A stretch of DNA of 64,000 nucleotides from Phoronis australis (taxonomy: Eukaryota; Animalia; Phoronida), in NCBI GenBank assembly GCA_002633005.1, contig NMRA01000029.1, positions 1,280,691 to 1,344,690 of the forward strand. The letters are read 5' to 3'. This document shows positions 1 through 14,900 of this stretch, in pieces. A program made the translations under genes and the position numbers. Within the stretch, counting starts at the first letter, position 1, and each line of letters begins with the position of its first letter. The notes beneath the pieces are model-generated. The model had not been told where the DNA came from and ran no database searches. It was given only the letters and a program-made list of their open reading frames with translations.

Positions 1-244
1 TGCTCTCGAACATCTTGTTCCGTGTTAATTATATGCCTAAGTGTAAACGTCCACTTGACACCGATCCAGTTGCTCCGGGTCAGTTGCGCTGGATCAGAAG
101 TTGATGTCTAAGCCGGACTTTACGCAAACAGAATATGAAATTCAAGCAGTGAATGAAACACTGGTTTAAAAACTGTGATATGTAGCACTGGAGAAGACAG
201 TTTTTCGGGTCATCATAAAGCCACTCACTCATTGCCATCACCAA

Positions 245-515
245 TCAATTTATTTAATTACCTTATGACAAACAATCTCTTATATGAACGTCAATGTGGT
301 TTTCATCGATCGCGATCAACTGAATTTACAACACTCGAACAAAATGACAATGGACACTGCGATAAACTTGTCAGCAGTCTTCTTAGACTTTCAAAAGTTT
401 TGACTCAATAGATCCCAATATCTTACTAGGTGAACTTTCATTTTATGGTATAACTGCATCCGGGCATTTATCCTACAAAGATATTTACTCATTCGACAGC
501 AGTATGTTTCATTTG
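245..515 (+). pseudogene. Decayed non-LTR (LINE) reverse transcriptase fragment
   Basis: Reads LFNYLMTNNLLYERQCGFHRSRSTE, then across frameshifts LDFQK..DSIDPNILLGELSFYGI and RQQYV. These resemble the QxGFR, D(F/L)xKAFD and RxQxV motifs of CR1/L2-type RT. Confidence 0.65.
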
Positions 516-1962
516 AAATTTACTGTTCTGGCGCAGTGTCAGCTAACAATCAAGAGACACGCAGGCGATTCTATAGCTTCTTCTTTTATTCGAGTGCCGT
601 TCGTACATAGACCAACCCGTAAACTGAAACAAACATAACTCCAAGCCGCTACCACGAAATATACTACAAAACCGTTCTTTACGCAAACCAAGAAAATTTT
701 CAGGTTTCGAAATGACATCGTCAGTTAAAATTTGCTCTTTAATATGAAAATACTAGATACAAAAGGAACATGATTTATACACAATTCTACCGTGAGCTCG
801 CGACGCAAACTAGATTTCAAGTCACGCTAAACAGTTATGATTATATGAGCAAAAACAGACTGATTTCTAAATCCCGATCCCAAGGTCACAGCAAACAACG
901 CCAAAACCCCCGGCATGAATCACGAAGAAATGCAGCAAAGTAAATGAGGCGAAAATATTGAAACTACGGACACAAGAGAATGCAATACATAAACCAGAAA
1001 TATAACAATAAGCAAAAAAGAACACTGCTCACATCATGAACACTGTGCAGTCTCAACGACAGTGAAGATCAATGACAAATGCCTGCGCTGTACACAGATA
1101 GAAAATACGAATGACTAGAACTGGCGGGTAAAACACTTTTAAATGCCAGTACCACGTGGCGAGACCACGATCTGGGAGTATTTCGAAATATGTACAACTA
1201 ACAAAGTAATACTGCATATCATACATATTGGCAATATGGATAATTGCGTCTGCAGTAGCATTAACCCTCAGCAATCATCACAGGTGTACCCCAAAGACTT
1301 ATTCTTGGTCCCCTCCTTTTTCTAATTACTTAAATTACCTCCACAAATCCACTTCTCTTGAGGCATTTATTTATGCTGATTATACATGTCTCACACACAC
1401 ACACACTTTCGTCTAGAAAAGCAACATCAACGAAACTGAAATGAACAATAAACTACGAAACACAGTTATGAATGAACACTAATAATCACCAACTCGCACT
1501 ATTTTGCACATACAAATCCAATACACAAATTATGAAAGGGTACCTTTGCTTGAAGAAACTCTTAATATATCTCGCTTGAAAACACATGGAACGCTTTCAC
1601 ACGAACAACTTTCACATTATTTTCAAAACAATTTTGTTTGCTATTACAACTGAAACAACAAACCAATTAAAAATTATCCTTCGCCAGATCTCCTAAAAAG
1701 CTTCATTGTTACTTATCGTAGGTACAGTCCTATACTCAAGAATCAATTTTACAAACCAAAAACAGCAACTCAATGTTTACGTTTTTACGTTCTTAGAATT
1801 ATCAATGTAAATAAATAAAATATCCCTTTCAGTTTAAGATACACACACTCACTTTCAAGATATTATATGAACCAAATTTTAGATACATATTCATTATGCA
1901 ATGACTAGCTGCTACTCCAGCTGTTATGCTAATGTTTGCCAACATAGACGCAAACACTCGCA

Positions 1963-2006
1963 AGCACACACACATGCACACGCACACGCGCACGCGCAGG
2001 CGCACA
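1963..2006. repeat. Imperfect (CA)n/(CACG)n microsatellite
   Basis: gcacacacacatgcacacgcacacgcgcacgcgcaggcgcaca. Confidence 0.8.
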
Positions 2007-2686
2007 TATGGAAGCCACTCCCTTGAGTTAGCAATAGAAAATAGCAATTTTTATTTCCTATTCAAACATTTTACAAACGATTGGAAAAAATATTTGCAGG
2101 CGGTCTGGTACGCATTTCGGCCCATTGCACTGATCACTTGGAACTATTTATGTGCTTTTCTAATATACAGTTAAGACCGTGCTGAGGAGCTAGAAACCTG
2201 ATTCAAGGGTGTTGCGGTGTGGAAGAGTGACATACAGAATCAATGACATAACTAACTAAATAAATAAACCCGGCAGCTTATTTTGCTTGTATAGTACAAT
2301 GTACATGAACATATATCAACTAACTCAGTAGGCGCTACCAATTGACTTTCTGGAAATTCTCAACAGCCAGTTGCGAATTGCATTTGCTGCTTGGATTCTT
2401 TTTTATATAGCAATACGAAGACGTGTATTAAATTCTAAAACGCTTGACTGTGTATTTTTCATCTGCTGGGTGCTTTGACATTATGGTATAAGAGTTGACT
2501 TTGGAACAGGGTATGAGTTCAGAAAGTTTCGCAAATGCGCAAATTGTTGCGGTCGTCAAAATGTGATTGTTTGGGAAGAGGATCGGAAAACAAAACGATT
2601 TTTTTTCAATTACTGTCAGTGGGCGTTTTTGTGTAATTTTCGGTTGTTGTTAAGACCAGTGAGTGTTCAAAACAGTGTAATTTTAG

Positions 2687-2962
2687 ACTTGGGTACCGTT
2701 TCCCATGTGGTCGTGAGTCAGCAAACGAACTCGTCTTTGGTTGTGTCTTGGACGCCTCCGCGAGGTACCGGATTGTCTTACACAGTTAGCTGCAAACCCA
2801 ATGGCAGTGATTCAGGGCCTTTGCAAGACATTGCACCACCTCTGACCACAGCAACTTGCAAAGGATTAACACCTGGAACATGGTACACAGTGAACGTGAT
2901 CGTTGCGAAAGCAGGATATAGCAATCAAGTTGCCAGCCATCGCGATGCCACCACAAAGACAA
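2687..2962 (+). CDS. Gene A FN3 exon (92 codons, phase 1-1)
   Basis: ttttag|ACTTG...ACAA|gtaatt; SSLVVSWTPP..YTVSC...CKGLTPGTWYTVNV is the FN3 W/Y/LxPGTxY signature. Confidence 0.9.
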
Positions 2963-5900
2963 GTAATTTCTGTTTACTTTAGTTAAAACGTTCTATACTA
3001 GGAACTAATAGATCATATGATATATTGGTTCCTAGTTCTATACAGGAAGACCTATCCAAAATATTGACCCAATTCTACTCAAAAGGAAGTAATGGTTGTT
3101 GATGCTTCCTAAATTAATACCGCAGGTCTCTGTGTTATCTTGGAGGTAAAATGTTCCGAATTAGTACTAAACCACTGGCCTGAATTTGGTACCCAGGTAC
3201 ATGTAACAAAGCGAATCGAACGCTGTATTTGGGTAACGGAAGAGAATGCAAAACGAGCACTTAGCCTTTTTGTTGAAACATTTGAATCTTTTTATTGCTA
3301 CATTTGGCTTGTGCTTGGAAACATGTTGATTTGCAGCAGAGTGACATGTAAACACCGAGCATGGTCTTTTCCAAACAAATTGTGTCGACTTTTAGGGAGA
3401 CAACTGGTCTAAATCAAAAGTTGGTTTCGTAGATAGAACGCTGCTTGATAGCGCTATAATAATATTATTGAGGATTTCATTTACTAGCAAATAAGAAGTT
3501 GGCAGTAGCCCAAATTGTAGGTCACCTTCTACAAGAGCCAATGACTGAGAGTCAAAATGTGGAAGCCTGACTATGTACGGATTCTCAGCATATGGATGGT
3601 TAATTGTCATCATAGGTAGAATGATCAACCAATAAACTAGTTTCATTAAACACTTTAAAGCCATCAAATTTTAGCATTGTTGCATTATTAACATACAGCA
3701 AATAGGAAATCAGACAAAACTAAGATAAAAAACAACAGTGACTACACTTAAGTTAAAACGAAATGATCATCTTAAAAAAGAATAGAAAACTATTTTTCAC
3801 TTTTGTTTAAACATCGGACGGTGGATAACGAATAGTATGTCTTGTACGTTTTGAATAATAACACCCACTATATCGGCCGTCTTTTTCATGTGCTTGTCGT
3901 ACCTTCTTTTACAAACCACGTCGAAGCCCTTCCAATTTATTTGTGACAAAACCGATGTAAGAACAATTAAGAAGTTCCGCTCGCTCTCACAATCTGCATT
4001 TTAGTAAAACCCGAGTCCCGGGTGCTCCAAACCAGTACACATTCGTGCAAGTTGTTTTCTAGCAGAGACTAGCGTTAAACAGTCTGACGTTTGTGAACGG
4101 TCAAATACTAATTGCAAATTTCACCTTTTGAAGACCAGCGGAGACCATCGCAGAGTAGAAAATATTAACAATCGGACATGTACTGTACGGCTTCCGGGTA
4201 AACACATCAATTGACAAACGGGGAAAGTTGTAAACATGAATCTAATGGTGAACGTCGAAGATGTTTGTTAGTGTTGTAAAAAGCATTAAATTGTTCTTAG
4301 AAATATCAAAAATCAATAGGTCTGATTTACTTTTGTCACGATCATCATGCGTACAGCTTCAGTGCATGAGTCAACCAAACGTGGAATTTCTATGCCACTC
4401 TTCAAAGTGGGTCTATTGCCACTGACACATGAGGTCATTTAAGAGTGACTCCATATAAAAACCAACAGGTAGAGTCTATACCCAAAATCACTGATTTTTT
4501 TGAAACTTAGCACATGATTTTGGTTTGTTGAGATGTAGAAAAACCTCACTTTTTAAGAATTTTCATTCATTATTTTTCTTTTTATGACCTGTACCTCCAT
4601 TTTGCAACAAAATTAGGCGTCGAAGTAGGCATGTTTGAATGCATTTTACTAGCATGTTTGGTGAGGTAAAAACAAATGAATAATACGAACTGAAAGGGCA
4701 ATGGCTGAATAATTTAACTGCATGACTTTCAAAATCCATTTTTAAATTTGTACGTTTTGAATTTGTGAGGCAAAAATGGCTATTTTTCAGGTTTTCACTG
4801 AAGCCATTTTTGACCAAATTTGGCACTCTATAGCAGCCATAACGCACCTTTCCTGAAATTGACTTTATAATAATTTGTTCAGTCATTCCTAACCTGATCA
4901 TAATCTAAAATAAAAAATATTGCCTCTAATGTAGTTTTTGCGTACGAAGCATTACACGAACTGCACTTCGTCCTTTTGCATGTTCTCAATTGCCTCTGCT
5001 GCCAATAGGGGGCTCCTGGAACATATAATTAGCTTGCGAAACACGACATAAAAACCTTGTATTTAGGAGAAAAGGCAGACAGCATTATTAATTACCATTC
5101 TCCGAAAACGGCATTGATGATTATTGCTTATTACAAAAAAATATGTACGTAAATCAACGGGCATGCATGCTTCTAAAAGATAGATGGCGCTGCTTTTGTT
5201 TACGTGGAGACTGAAGACGCATCTAGAATAAGAGCAGTAACACGAGGACCTTGCTATAATTCAAAACTTCGCGAGATATTGCTCTGCATTCTAAATGAGA
5301 ACCCGTGGTTTTGGATAAATTTTAGAGAGGTTCTAGTGTTACTGAGCTCACCCCTGCCTTGTTTTCTATCTGCCTTGTTCGTGCCACAGGCAAAGGAAGG
5401 CACCCAAGGTGGATATGCCCCCCTAGTGTTCAGTGCAAATAGTCATTGTAACTTTGGGTTCATATTGTAATGTCCCTGCTGGTTGCTAGAAATTTTAGTC
5501 GCCACCAGTCGCCAAAAACCTGATGTTCCACCCCCCCACACACTGGGCACCCTAACGCTGAGATAGTTGTGCCAGTGTGATCATCATTGGTATAAAAAGG
5601 TACTGACACATTCAGTCAATAGAAAATAATTCACGAGAGACAATTTTATTAATGACTCATTCATGACAGACATCAAGTAAACAGAAGTAACGTTCTCGAC
5701 TTCATATATCACACATCTTTGACTGGTATGCTACAAAACTAGGCTGAACGTTGAGCTCATTTACCACTTCATTCAGTAAATCTGACGACATAACAGCATC
5801 TTCAGCAGAAATAGCATCGTCATAAACATTGCTGCAGACAACTTGGAAAAAATCCACCAATCTGCGGTTCACTTAACAGCACAGGTAAACACTTTCCCAG

Positions 5901-8900
5901 TGGGTTCTCGTAATGTTATCTCCATTTTGGCACTTCCGAGGGTGAACGTTTTTACCTGACTTATCTCCTTCATAGAATATGTTCGTCAGAATGTTCTTAA
6001 CCTTTGCTGAAAATCTTGTTGACCTTTTACCTTTTTTCAATGCCTAACCTATTGCTTCAGGATTCGTCTCATCCAAATAGTACTCTGAGGCTTCCTCAAG
6101 TGACGCTCCGGTTCTTGCATCTGAAAGCATTTCTGACCACTGTCGTGCGATGTGGTCATACGTGTCTTCCCTCTGTAAATGTTCAGTGTGGTTACCCACA
6201 TCCAAATGCTGACCTGGTTCTGCGTCTGTAGCAAAAATTTCGAGTAACCTTGCTGGGTACAAGGGAACTTTTCATGTTGAGGCTCTTCACTAGATACAAT
6301 GCCAACCTTAACTCTTGGTGTTGAAAATTCGCCATTCTAGAGATCTTAGTGTATTTTAGAGAAGTAGGTTTCCCATTTCCTCAGTATTTGTAAGAACTTA
6401 CTGTCACCTACATGGAATGATTTCCACACGCGAATTCCTTGGGTGGAATTGTGGAAATTTGGGAATGTGCTTATACCAGGAACTAAGTATTTTGGAAAAG
6501 ACTTTGTTACATTGACTGAACATGCATACACATAGCATCCCTTCACACGACCAATGGAAAGTAATGCTTCTTTCAAATCCAGAAAGTTTATGATATTGTT
6601 ACCTTCGGCTACAAAGTACTTTGCATGTTGTTTGAGTGGAGCGATCTTGCGATCACAGAGATCCTTTCCATTCTGACTTTCACTAAATCATATCTCGAAA
6701 CAGAAATGACGGTAGAATTTGACAAGGCTGTTACGTTCAGGAGGAGAGGAGCAGAGTGGTAACATCCAGCGTTACCTCACTCTTCCATGACTGGTCCTGT
6801 TCAGTCAGAAATTCACCGACTCTGGGAAGTACGAGTCCGTACTCTGGCACAGGCCTTGCTTTGTGAGGTAGTTTCTTGTATCTCAAATGTTCAGCGGTGT
6901 CTTTGACATAACTCACTAAAGCACAAAGCTTTTGTGATCGAATTTTTTGCAGAATAAACTCTAAAGGAACATGAAGGCCCATCGACATTGTCCGCCATTT
7001 TGTCTTTTTAAAATGCACTTGCTTCTCTCAAAACCAGTCATTACAGATATCAATTCTCACTCGTTTAATCTTAAAGGCATTTATTTCCATTTAAGAGTTC
7101 TACAGAGTGTTTAAATTAACCTGATAATGTAAAACAAATGAAAGAATACAAGAGGGTTACACGTACATTTTTTACAAGCTTAACCTCAACTGACTCCCTC
7201 AGTGGGCAAAGGTCATCGGGATCAGTTTTGATACTAGCCGCGTAATAAACCCGGAAAACATTTCCTTTTCATTTGAAAGAGTTAAGACTTGGTTTCTATA
7301 AATATTTAAAGCAGACTTCTTGCCTAAAAGTTTGTTCAAATGGTCTGTAAACTCTGCTCGTCATTTCCAAGCTATGAAAATAGACAGTTTTACAAGACAA
7401 TTTTCACTAAAGTGCAAAGTTGAGGCAAGATTTTTTATTGCTTAGTCATCAAGACTAACTCTTTAACTGTATGCTCAAAACGTCACATAAGGCTACAAGG
7501 TGTTTTATGGCAGTAAGAAGGTCACAAAAATGGCCACTAAAATTAGCCCCAAAAGTGGTCTGTGGATTATCTCCCCTGTCTAGCACAAAACTGTCAGATT
7601 TTAACAAATGGCACAGAATTATGCACAGTATACGGTGGTTATTTCAACCACCAAAATATAGCTTTTGATCTATTTTGTAACACACTAATTTTTGTTGCTG
7701 AAAACGTGCGATTTTTGAGACGGCTAATATGCCCAATTGTGCCAATTTGTGTTATCATGCCCCAGCGGCGAAATTAGGAGTCATTGGGTGCACACAATTT
7801 GGCATTTGGGTTTTTGTTAGGGTACCTACCCATGTACAAAAAATAAAATGAAGTTGTTTTAAATTTTGACGTATAGACTGATTTTTGAAAATCTACTGGT
7901 TTTTATATGGACTGCCTCTTAAAGTGTAATCGACATAGGAGTACCCGCCAATCTCATCCTTATCCGTTACTTAGTATATATAAGAGTACAAAGTAACAAA
8001 ATGCAACATTAGTTTTATATTTTTTGGAGCTGTGTAGGCCTACCCAAAGTCGGTGACATTAATGAAACATCAAATAAAAAGTGGCATGTTGTGTATGCCG
8101 AACATTAGATTTACCTGCTTTTCTCGTGTTCTGACTATTGATACCACGAGTGCAGTCTTCTGTGAAACAGACGATGATGTCGAACATTGAAACGAATGCT
8201 CCCTAGACCATGCTTTGATTTCGGTACTCGCCGGAGTGATTCAACGTTTGGCATTTCTGCTTGTCAATACTTGAATATTAGCGTATCTGTATAGTAACAG
8301 AATCTTTTGCAAAAGACAAAAGGCTTTGCTACGACCACGTAATGTTCTTAAAGAATCAGCATGTAGATGTCTAACTTTCGGAACTTGAATGATACTAAAT
8401 CTTTTCAGAAGTGACTCTTACGAGACCTTTACTAACACTTTTTAAAATGCTTCGCAATGACCGGCTAGTTTTGAAAACATTGTAATTCCAGAATTGAATG
8501 CTGTCTCCGGCATTACCGTGAGTAATCAAACGAACACGTCGTTAGTTGTGTCTTGGAAACCTCTGCGAGGCAATGGCTTGTCTTACACACTTAACTGCAA
8601 ACCCGATGGCAAGGCATCAGATACGCCAGACGCTGCTATTTCAACGACGACAGCGACTTGTCGACGATTGACGCCTGGAACCTGGTATACAGTGATAATA
8701 GGCACTGCGAAGCCAGGTTGGGACAAGGAATATGCCAGCCTTCATGATAGCAGCACGAAGACAAGTACTATCTGTTCACTATTAATGTTCCCTGTGATGG
8801 TTTGGTTAGAGTTCTTTTAACGAATTCACCAACTTCAATTTAATAGAGAGTAAGCGTTATTTGACGCATTCCTTACGAAGAATATCCGCGTAAAGGTTAA

Positions 8901-11900
8901 TATGTGTATGGACATCTCTAGGAATTAACAGTACACCGTGTTTAACTTTGCTGACTGCACTATGCTTTAATGTGAAAAAGTGTCAGATTTTATTGTTACA
9001 GGTTTTTGTTATAAAAGTTAGTTTAAAACCAAGCGTCGTATTCTTCTTACAAAAGTGCTAAACACTGAACGTACATGTATTTCTGAGGCTAAAACCATTT
9101 GCATTTGTTATGAAAAATTCTAGGCTCTGATTTTTAAATACGTTTTGCCAAAGATTGATCTGTAATGAATGCTAGTAAAATTTTTTTACCCTATTTATAG
9201 GCATTTTAAAAAACATTTTTTTTGAAAAACTTATGTTTTATGAGGATCTGAACATTTTGAAAAACTGAAACCAATTTTAGAAATCTCATAATTCGCCAAA
9301 ACCCCAATTTTCAACGAAAAATGGAAGACCATTTTTGTACAAACACCCGAGACCCCGCCTTGATATCAGCATATGAAAAATTGAAGACCAATTTTTAAAA
9401 ACATCCCATACCCCGCCTTGAGCATGGCCTAGTCAACGTGTTACTTCGGTACTTGAAAAATACCAAACCTTCGCGAGCCTTTTACTAACATCAAGTGCTT
9501 TGCTACGACTAGCTACTTCTAAAACATTGTGATTCTAGAGTTGAATGCTGTCTCCGACATCACCGTGAGTCAGCGAACAGGCACGTCCTTGGTAGTGTCG
9601 TGGAAGCCTCCGCGAGGTAACGGATTGTCTTACACAATTAAATGTAAACCCGATGGCAGTGACCGAGGGATTTTACAAAACATTGCTCCTTCAATGACGA
9701 CAGCCACTTGCCGACAATTAATTCCTGGAACCTGGTACACTGTGGCGATAAGCATAACAAAGGCAGGATGGGACGAAGAATCTGTCAGCCTTCGTGATGG
9801 GAGCACAAAGACAAGTACTATATCTTTACCTTAAATGTTGCATAAAATAATTTCGGTAGGCTTTTGAATACATTGACCAGCTTCTTAAAAGTGAAGTACC
9901 GAATCATAGCCAAGAGTAATTTCCACATACATTTATAACCCTCTTTCACGAAAAAGCTGATAAAAAGAAGGCTTGGGTACGCTACAAAATATTAGGATTT
10001 CAAACCAAGTCAATACAAATTCTTGTTGAATTCCATAGAAAATAATAGTCTTTTGGAAAAGCTGTCTTTTTAGAAACACTTAGCAAAAAGAAGGAGCATT
10101 CACAGCAGAACAAATTTTGTATGATCCAGATGCTCAAAATAAAATGCCAAAACTGCACTCCGGTTTTCTGGCTTAGCGTTTCGTTTTCATTTTATGTAAC
10201 TTCAAGAATTTTTCATTAGAATCGTATAAGTCCTATTACCTCAGAGCTTCTCAAGCGAATTTAGAACATTTAAATACAATTCCTTACAGACTGTTGGATA
10301 ACAGCGTATAAAGCATAACGGCAGTTAACTATTACTCTGTGAACAAGTACATTTTGGATTACTCAATTTTGAGTATAAACTCGAGATTTCGAGTTCAGAC
10401 TCGGAACGAAAGACGTTAGTGACCATATCTTCTTTTGGAACCTCCAAGACACTGTTATCAGCCCCCGTCGTTTCTGACTGTAGTCGCTGTGTGCTGTTAG
10501 ACAGCAATTCCGAGGTTCACAGCGTCATACACATCGCAAACACATCTCCTCGTAGTACGGTGTCAATGTTGATCTCGGTGACATGTAGCAGTCTGACATC
10601 TTCTTTCCTCTATCATGTCTGTCGTCTTTTGCTGAACCTCTGGGTGTCTGGCATGACTGGTCGTTCTTGTGACATTTTTCCTGACCACTGAGTACGCGTT
10701 GTGTACACCTCGTGTACTTCAAATCTTTGCAGAGTTACACTCAGCTGCAAACATTTCGGGTTTAAGGGCTGCTGGCGCCGTCTCATGTTCCATTCTTTCA
10801 TCCCCCATCTGGAGTTCAGCCTTTCTAACCTCTGCAGCCCGGGCCTCAGTCTCCCAGACTAGTCGTCGTTCCGTTGCCGCAGCAGGATCAGTCACGTGGG
10901 CTACTATCCTCTCCTCAGCCTCGCAAGCTTGTTTTCTCTGTTCAGCTGCAGCACCAGTATAACAGCGTAGAAACAAATGCGTTGTCAGCAAACTCCTAAA
11001 AATTTTGAACGCTGAATCGGAAAACATCGCAACCATATCCAAAATTACGTGAGATGTTACAGCTGACACTGAACAGATGTTGTGTCTTGGAAACTGCATT
11101 CTTAGGATGGTATTCAGGGTAGAGTTCAGAAATGAGAACACGTTATTTTGACTAGTCTCGCCACTAGACAGCTACTAAACTTTTTTCGACCGAATACAAT
11201 ATATTTTATGGATTTTAACTTCTTTGTTAATGGAGCTTTTGAAAAGCAAACAAGGGGTTTACGTCAACTCATGATCGCTTTGTTATTGCTGTAGTCAGAC
11301 GCTCGCCAGTCGAATTGTAAGAAACAAAATTGCAGGCGTTCGGGTACCCATTGCACCAGACGTGCGCATGCCGCTAAGGTGGACCCATTGCATTGATCAA
11401 CATGGTCATTTTTATGCTTTTTTAAAATATACATGCAGTTAAAACGGAGCTGGGGAGATAGAGGCACGAGTCCAGAGTCTATTAATGTGCCCAGTGGTTT
11501 TGGAACCCACGACCTTGATTGAAAAGGAAGCGGACACTTATTTCAAATATCCACCTTAGACTACGTATTGATTTCATCAGGTGTTGGTGTGAGTCAGCAC
11601 TTGGAAGACTAACCTTATTTTTCATTGTTCGGATCTCTTTTAGATGGCCGATCCAATGTTTGTTTACAAACATCTTTTCGATAAAACTACCATACAAAAA
11701 GCTGCTGGTTATTAATAACACGTATCCAAATCCTTCACTTTCATGAGAAGTATGTAATGTTTTGGAAAGTTCACAAGCCCCTAGCTTATGTTTTGGGAAC
11801 TACAAGTATTTCTTTATCGGACATCTTTTNAATATGTTGTAGAGTGACTGTGTGAATATTGGGACTGCGTCATTTATGTTACTTTTGTTAAGTATATCAG

Positions 11901-14900
11901 TCCAGTTGAATGTGGTTATGTCAGAGCGCAATTTGTCCATGTTAATGAGGTTGTAATTCCAGATCTTCTTCATAATGTCTGGTTCTTTAGGTGGGCAGTT
12001 GAGTGTGAATGTTGTTTCTATAACGTGGTGGTCTGAGTCACCAATGGGAGGCCTTACAGAAGTGGATTCAATTAATCCGAGATTGTTTGTTATACATAAA
12101 TCAAGGCAAGAATGTGAATACTCTGTTAAACGTGTCTGCTCGTTTATTAGTTGTATACAGTCATTTGTGAGGAGAATATCGAATAATTCGAGACTGGCTT
12201 GGTTGTCATTGTCTTCAGAGTACCAAGTACTATTTCTTGCGTTAAAATCCCCGTTGATAACAATCGTTTTATTACTTTGAGAGAGTTCTTCGGACATCTC
12301 TAAGTACAAAACAAACTCTTCACTGCTACCAGTCAGTACACAAATACATCTCTGGTACAGTGAATCTTCTGAGTTTGTGCGAATATTGAATTACTAGCTA
12401 CGCTCAGCTAATGATGTAAAGTTTATGTTGTTTCTAAAATGTTCGTGAGTCAGAAAACGAGCACGCTGTTGGTTGTGTTTTGAGAGCCCGAGCAAGGCAA
12501 ACGAGCGTCCTACACAATTAGCTGCAGCCTTAGGGCAGTGATTCATGGACTTTCAAAACGTTGATGCTTTCTTGGCCAGACATGCCAAACATTGACACCT
12601 ACATCCTGGTGCGCAGTAACCACTCCGACAACAGACGGGGTCAAGGAATGCACTGTCTCCCCGATGACAACAAGGCAAGAGATAATTTGCATATGCTCAT
12701 CAGTTGTTATTGCTAATCGTCCTTTATTGTGTACAAGGCTTCAACGGTTATTTCTAGGAAGAGGATTTTCAGTATATATCATTTTCAAGTGCCAACTCGT
12801 AAAACATAGACTCCCCTTGAAAAGAATTCAAATAACCCCACTTTTGACAGTTTTTGTCATCGGCTGATATTTTTGCGGTCTTCGTTTTATCCAATAGCTC
12901 ATCAACTTTATCTGCTCAATCATGTTTTCAACTCTCTATGCATTCATCCAAAAAACCGTAATTACGACAGTAGCACTGTCAAATTGTTAAAGCTGAAGTT
13001 TAGCTCATTTTCGTAACCATTACTCACACTATTAAGTGACAACGATGTTCCATTTTGTCTGAAGATTTCCAGACTTGGTGCCAGAAACGAGGCAATGTCC
13101 GTCAACGGAATCTGTCTAGGTCTTGTAGAGATCTTCAAACAAATTCGGCATTACAAGAATTCCGTTTGTACTACAATAGTTACCCTCCAATGAAGTATGG
13201 CAAGTCAACCCGAATTAATGAAAGTTGTAATTCTTTATGCCTTCACCTACACATATTGGTCAGGTAAAACTTACTTGTTTGGCCCTTTATCGTAACCTCA
13301 AAGGTATTACGGAGCCAAGTTGGGTATCACCCTTAGACCCGTATTCATGACCGTGTTGGTGTTGGAGAGAAGACTTGGGGCAGCTACAAACACGGTGGGG
13401 GATAATCGAAGATATAAAGTCCTGTAAAAATCCAGGTCTACAAAACTCTGCACTGCCTAGTACAGAAGAAAAAACTCAGGGTTGTGGCATGGGCGGCGCA
13501 CCATAGGGGAATGGGGGGATTTGCTAAAACGTCCCACTTTTTAGTGCGGCGCCACCCATGGTCTAAGGGCGGTGTACCACAGGGGCGCTATAACCCCACT
13601 TTTTAGTGCTGTGCCGCCCATGTGTGCAGCCTGTCAGAATTGGGAAGGGAAGAATTACCAATTACTAACAGGTAATAAATATGGCTTGAATGATGGAAGA
13701 ACATCGGAAAGGATAGCAAAACAGGAAAAATGTCATGTGACACGTCATATTTGTCACATAGATGGCTCATATAAATCGCATCGTGCAGCGCTATTCCCCA
13801 ACACCACGTCACGGTACTTACTGTACAAGGTTGAGTGATTTAGGGCGGAACGTTTTCGACACAAAATTAATTTTTAAAAACATTTGGTACGAAGTAGGTT
13901 GTGTTACTCAGTAATTTGACTAAGCAATCACAGAGATAAAGAATTAGCGTGCAAATTACACTTTATGCACCTCCAACCATAACAAAATATTGTGTTGACA
14001 TCCGCCAATATTGAGCGTTCAGGTCAAAAGCACAGTTGGTTCTTGTCTAAGGTTTTTGCTTGAAAACAGATCCAGTGGTGCGTTACTTAGCTTCAGTTGC
14101 ATGATTTTTCAAGAACTTTTCATCTGAAACGGGCAAACGATTCGAGGGAGCTTTCCATACATCGGTTGGTGTTTCAAGACATTTAAGATAATGCTTACCT
14201 TGGTGCAGCTTTTTAAAAATAAGAGAGCATGGCTCTAATTGATACGGATGGACTTTGTTTTCCCTCAGTCGATGAGCACAGGTTTGAGAACGAAATCAAC
14301 AATGCCTTTTTGTTTTATAATTCTTTGCAGTCGTGACTGTTGCAAACCCTTTGTGAACATTTTATACTTTATTACATTTTCTTCTAGGGTTGATTGCTGT
14401 GTCTAACATTGTCGTGAGTCAACGAACAAGCACATCGCTAACTGTGGCTTGGACGCCTGCGAGAGGCTTCGGATTGTCTTACACAGTTAGCTGCAGACCC
14501 GATGGCAATGATTCAGAAACGGTGGTAGACGTTGCTCCTTCGCTCACCTTGGCGACTTGCCAAAAACTGACGCCTGGAACTTTGTTCACCGTAACGATAA
14601 CCACTATGAAGGCTCACTGGGAGAAGGTGTCTGCCAGCATTTACGATAACACCACGAAGACAGGTAGTTTATAACAAAATGTAGATCTTGACTAATAAAC
14701 GAATTTCATAATGTGTTGTGAATAGGACTCATCTGGTGGTCTGAATATTTACTTGCATTTCTAGTACCTGGGAGACCTGTCGTCTCCTAGTGGCGGGAAC
14801 ACTGGTCACATGGGAACTCGTTTGATTTATTACCAGTCACCATTTTGACTTGCTGCGCAATATAGCCTCATTTCCTATTCGACTAAAAAGTGCTGCTGGG

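Noticed and set aside
10325-11141. Ala/Glu-rich minus-strand ORFs (140 aa and neighbours)
   Set aside because: No recognisable domain and interrupted by stops. They may be retroelement debris, with faint RT-like words near 9960-10300, but I cannot support a call.
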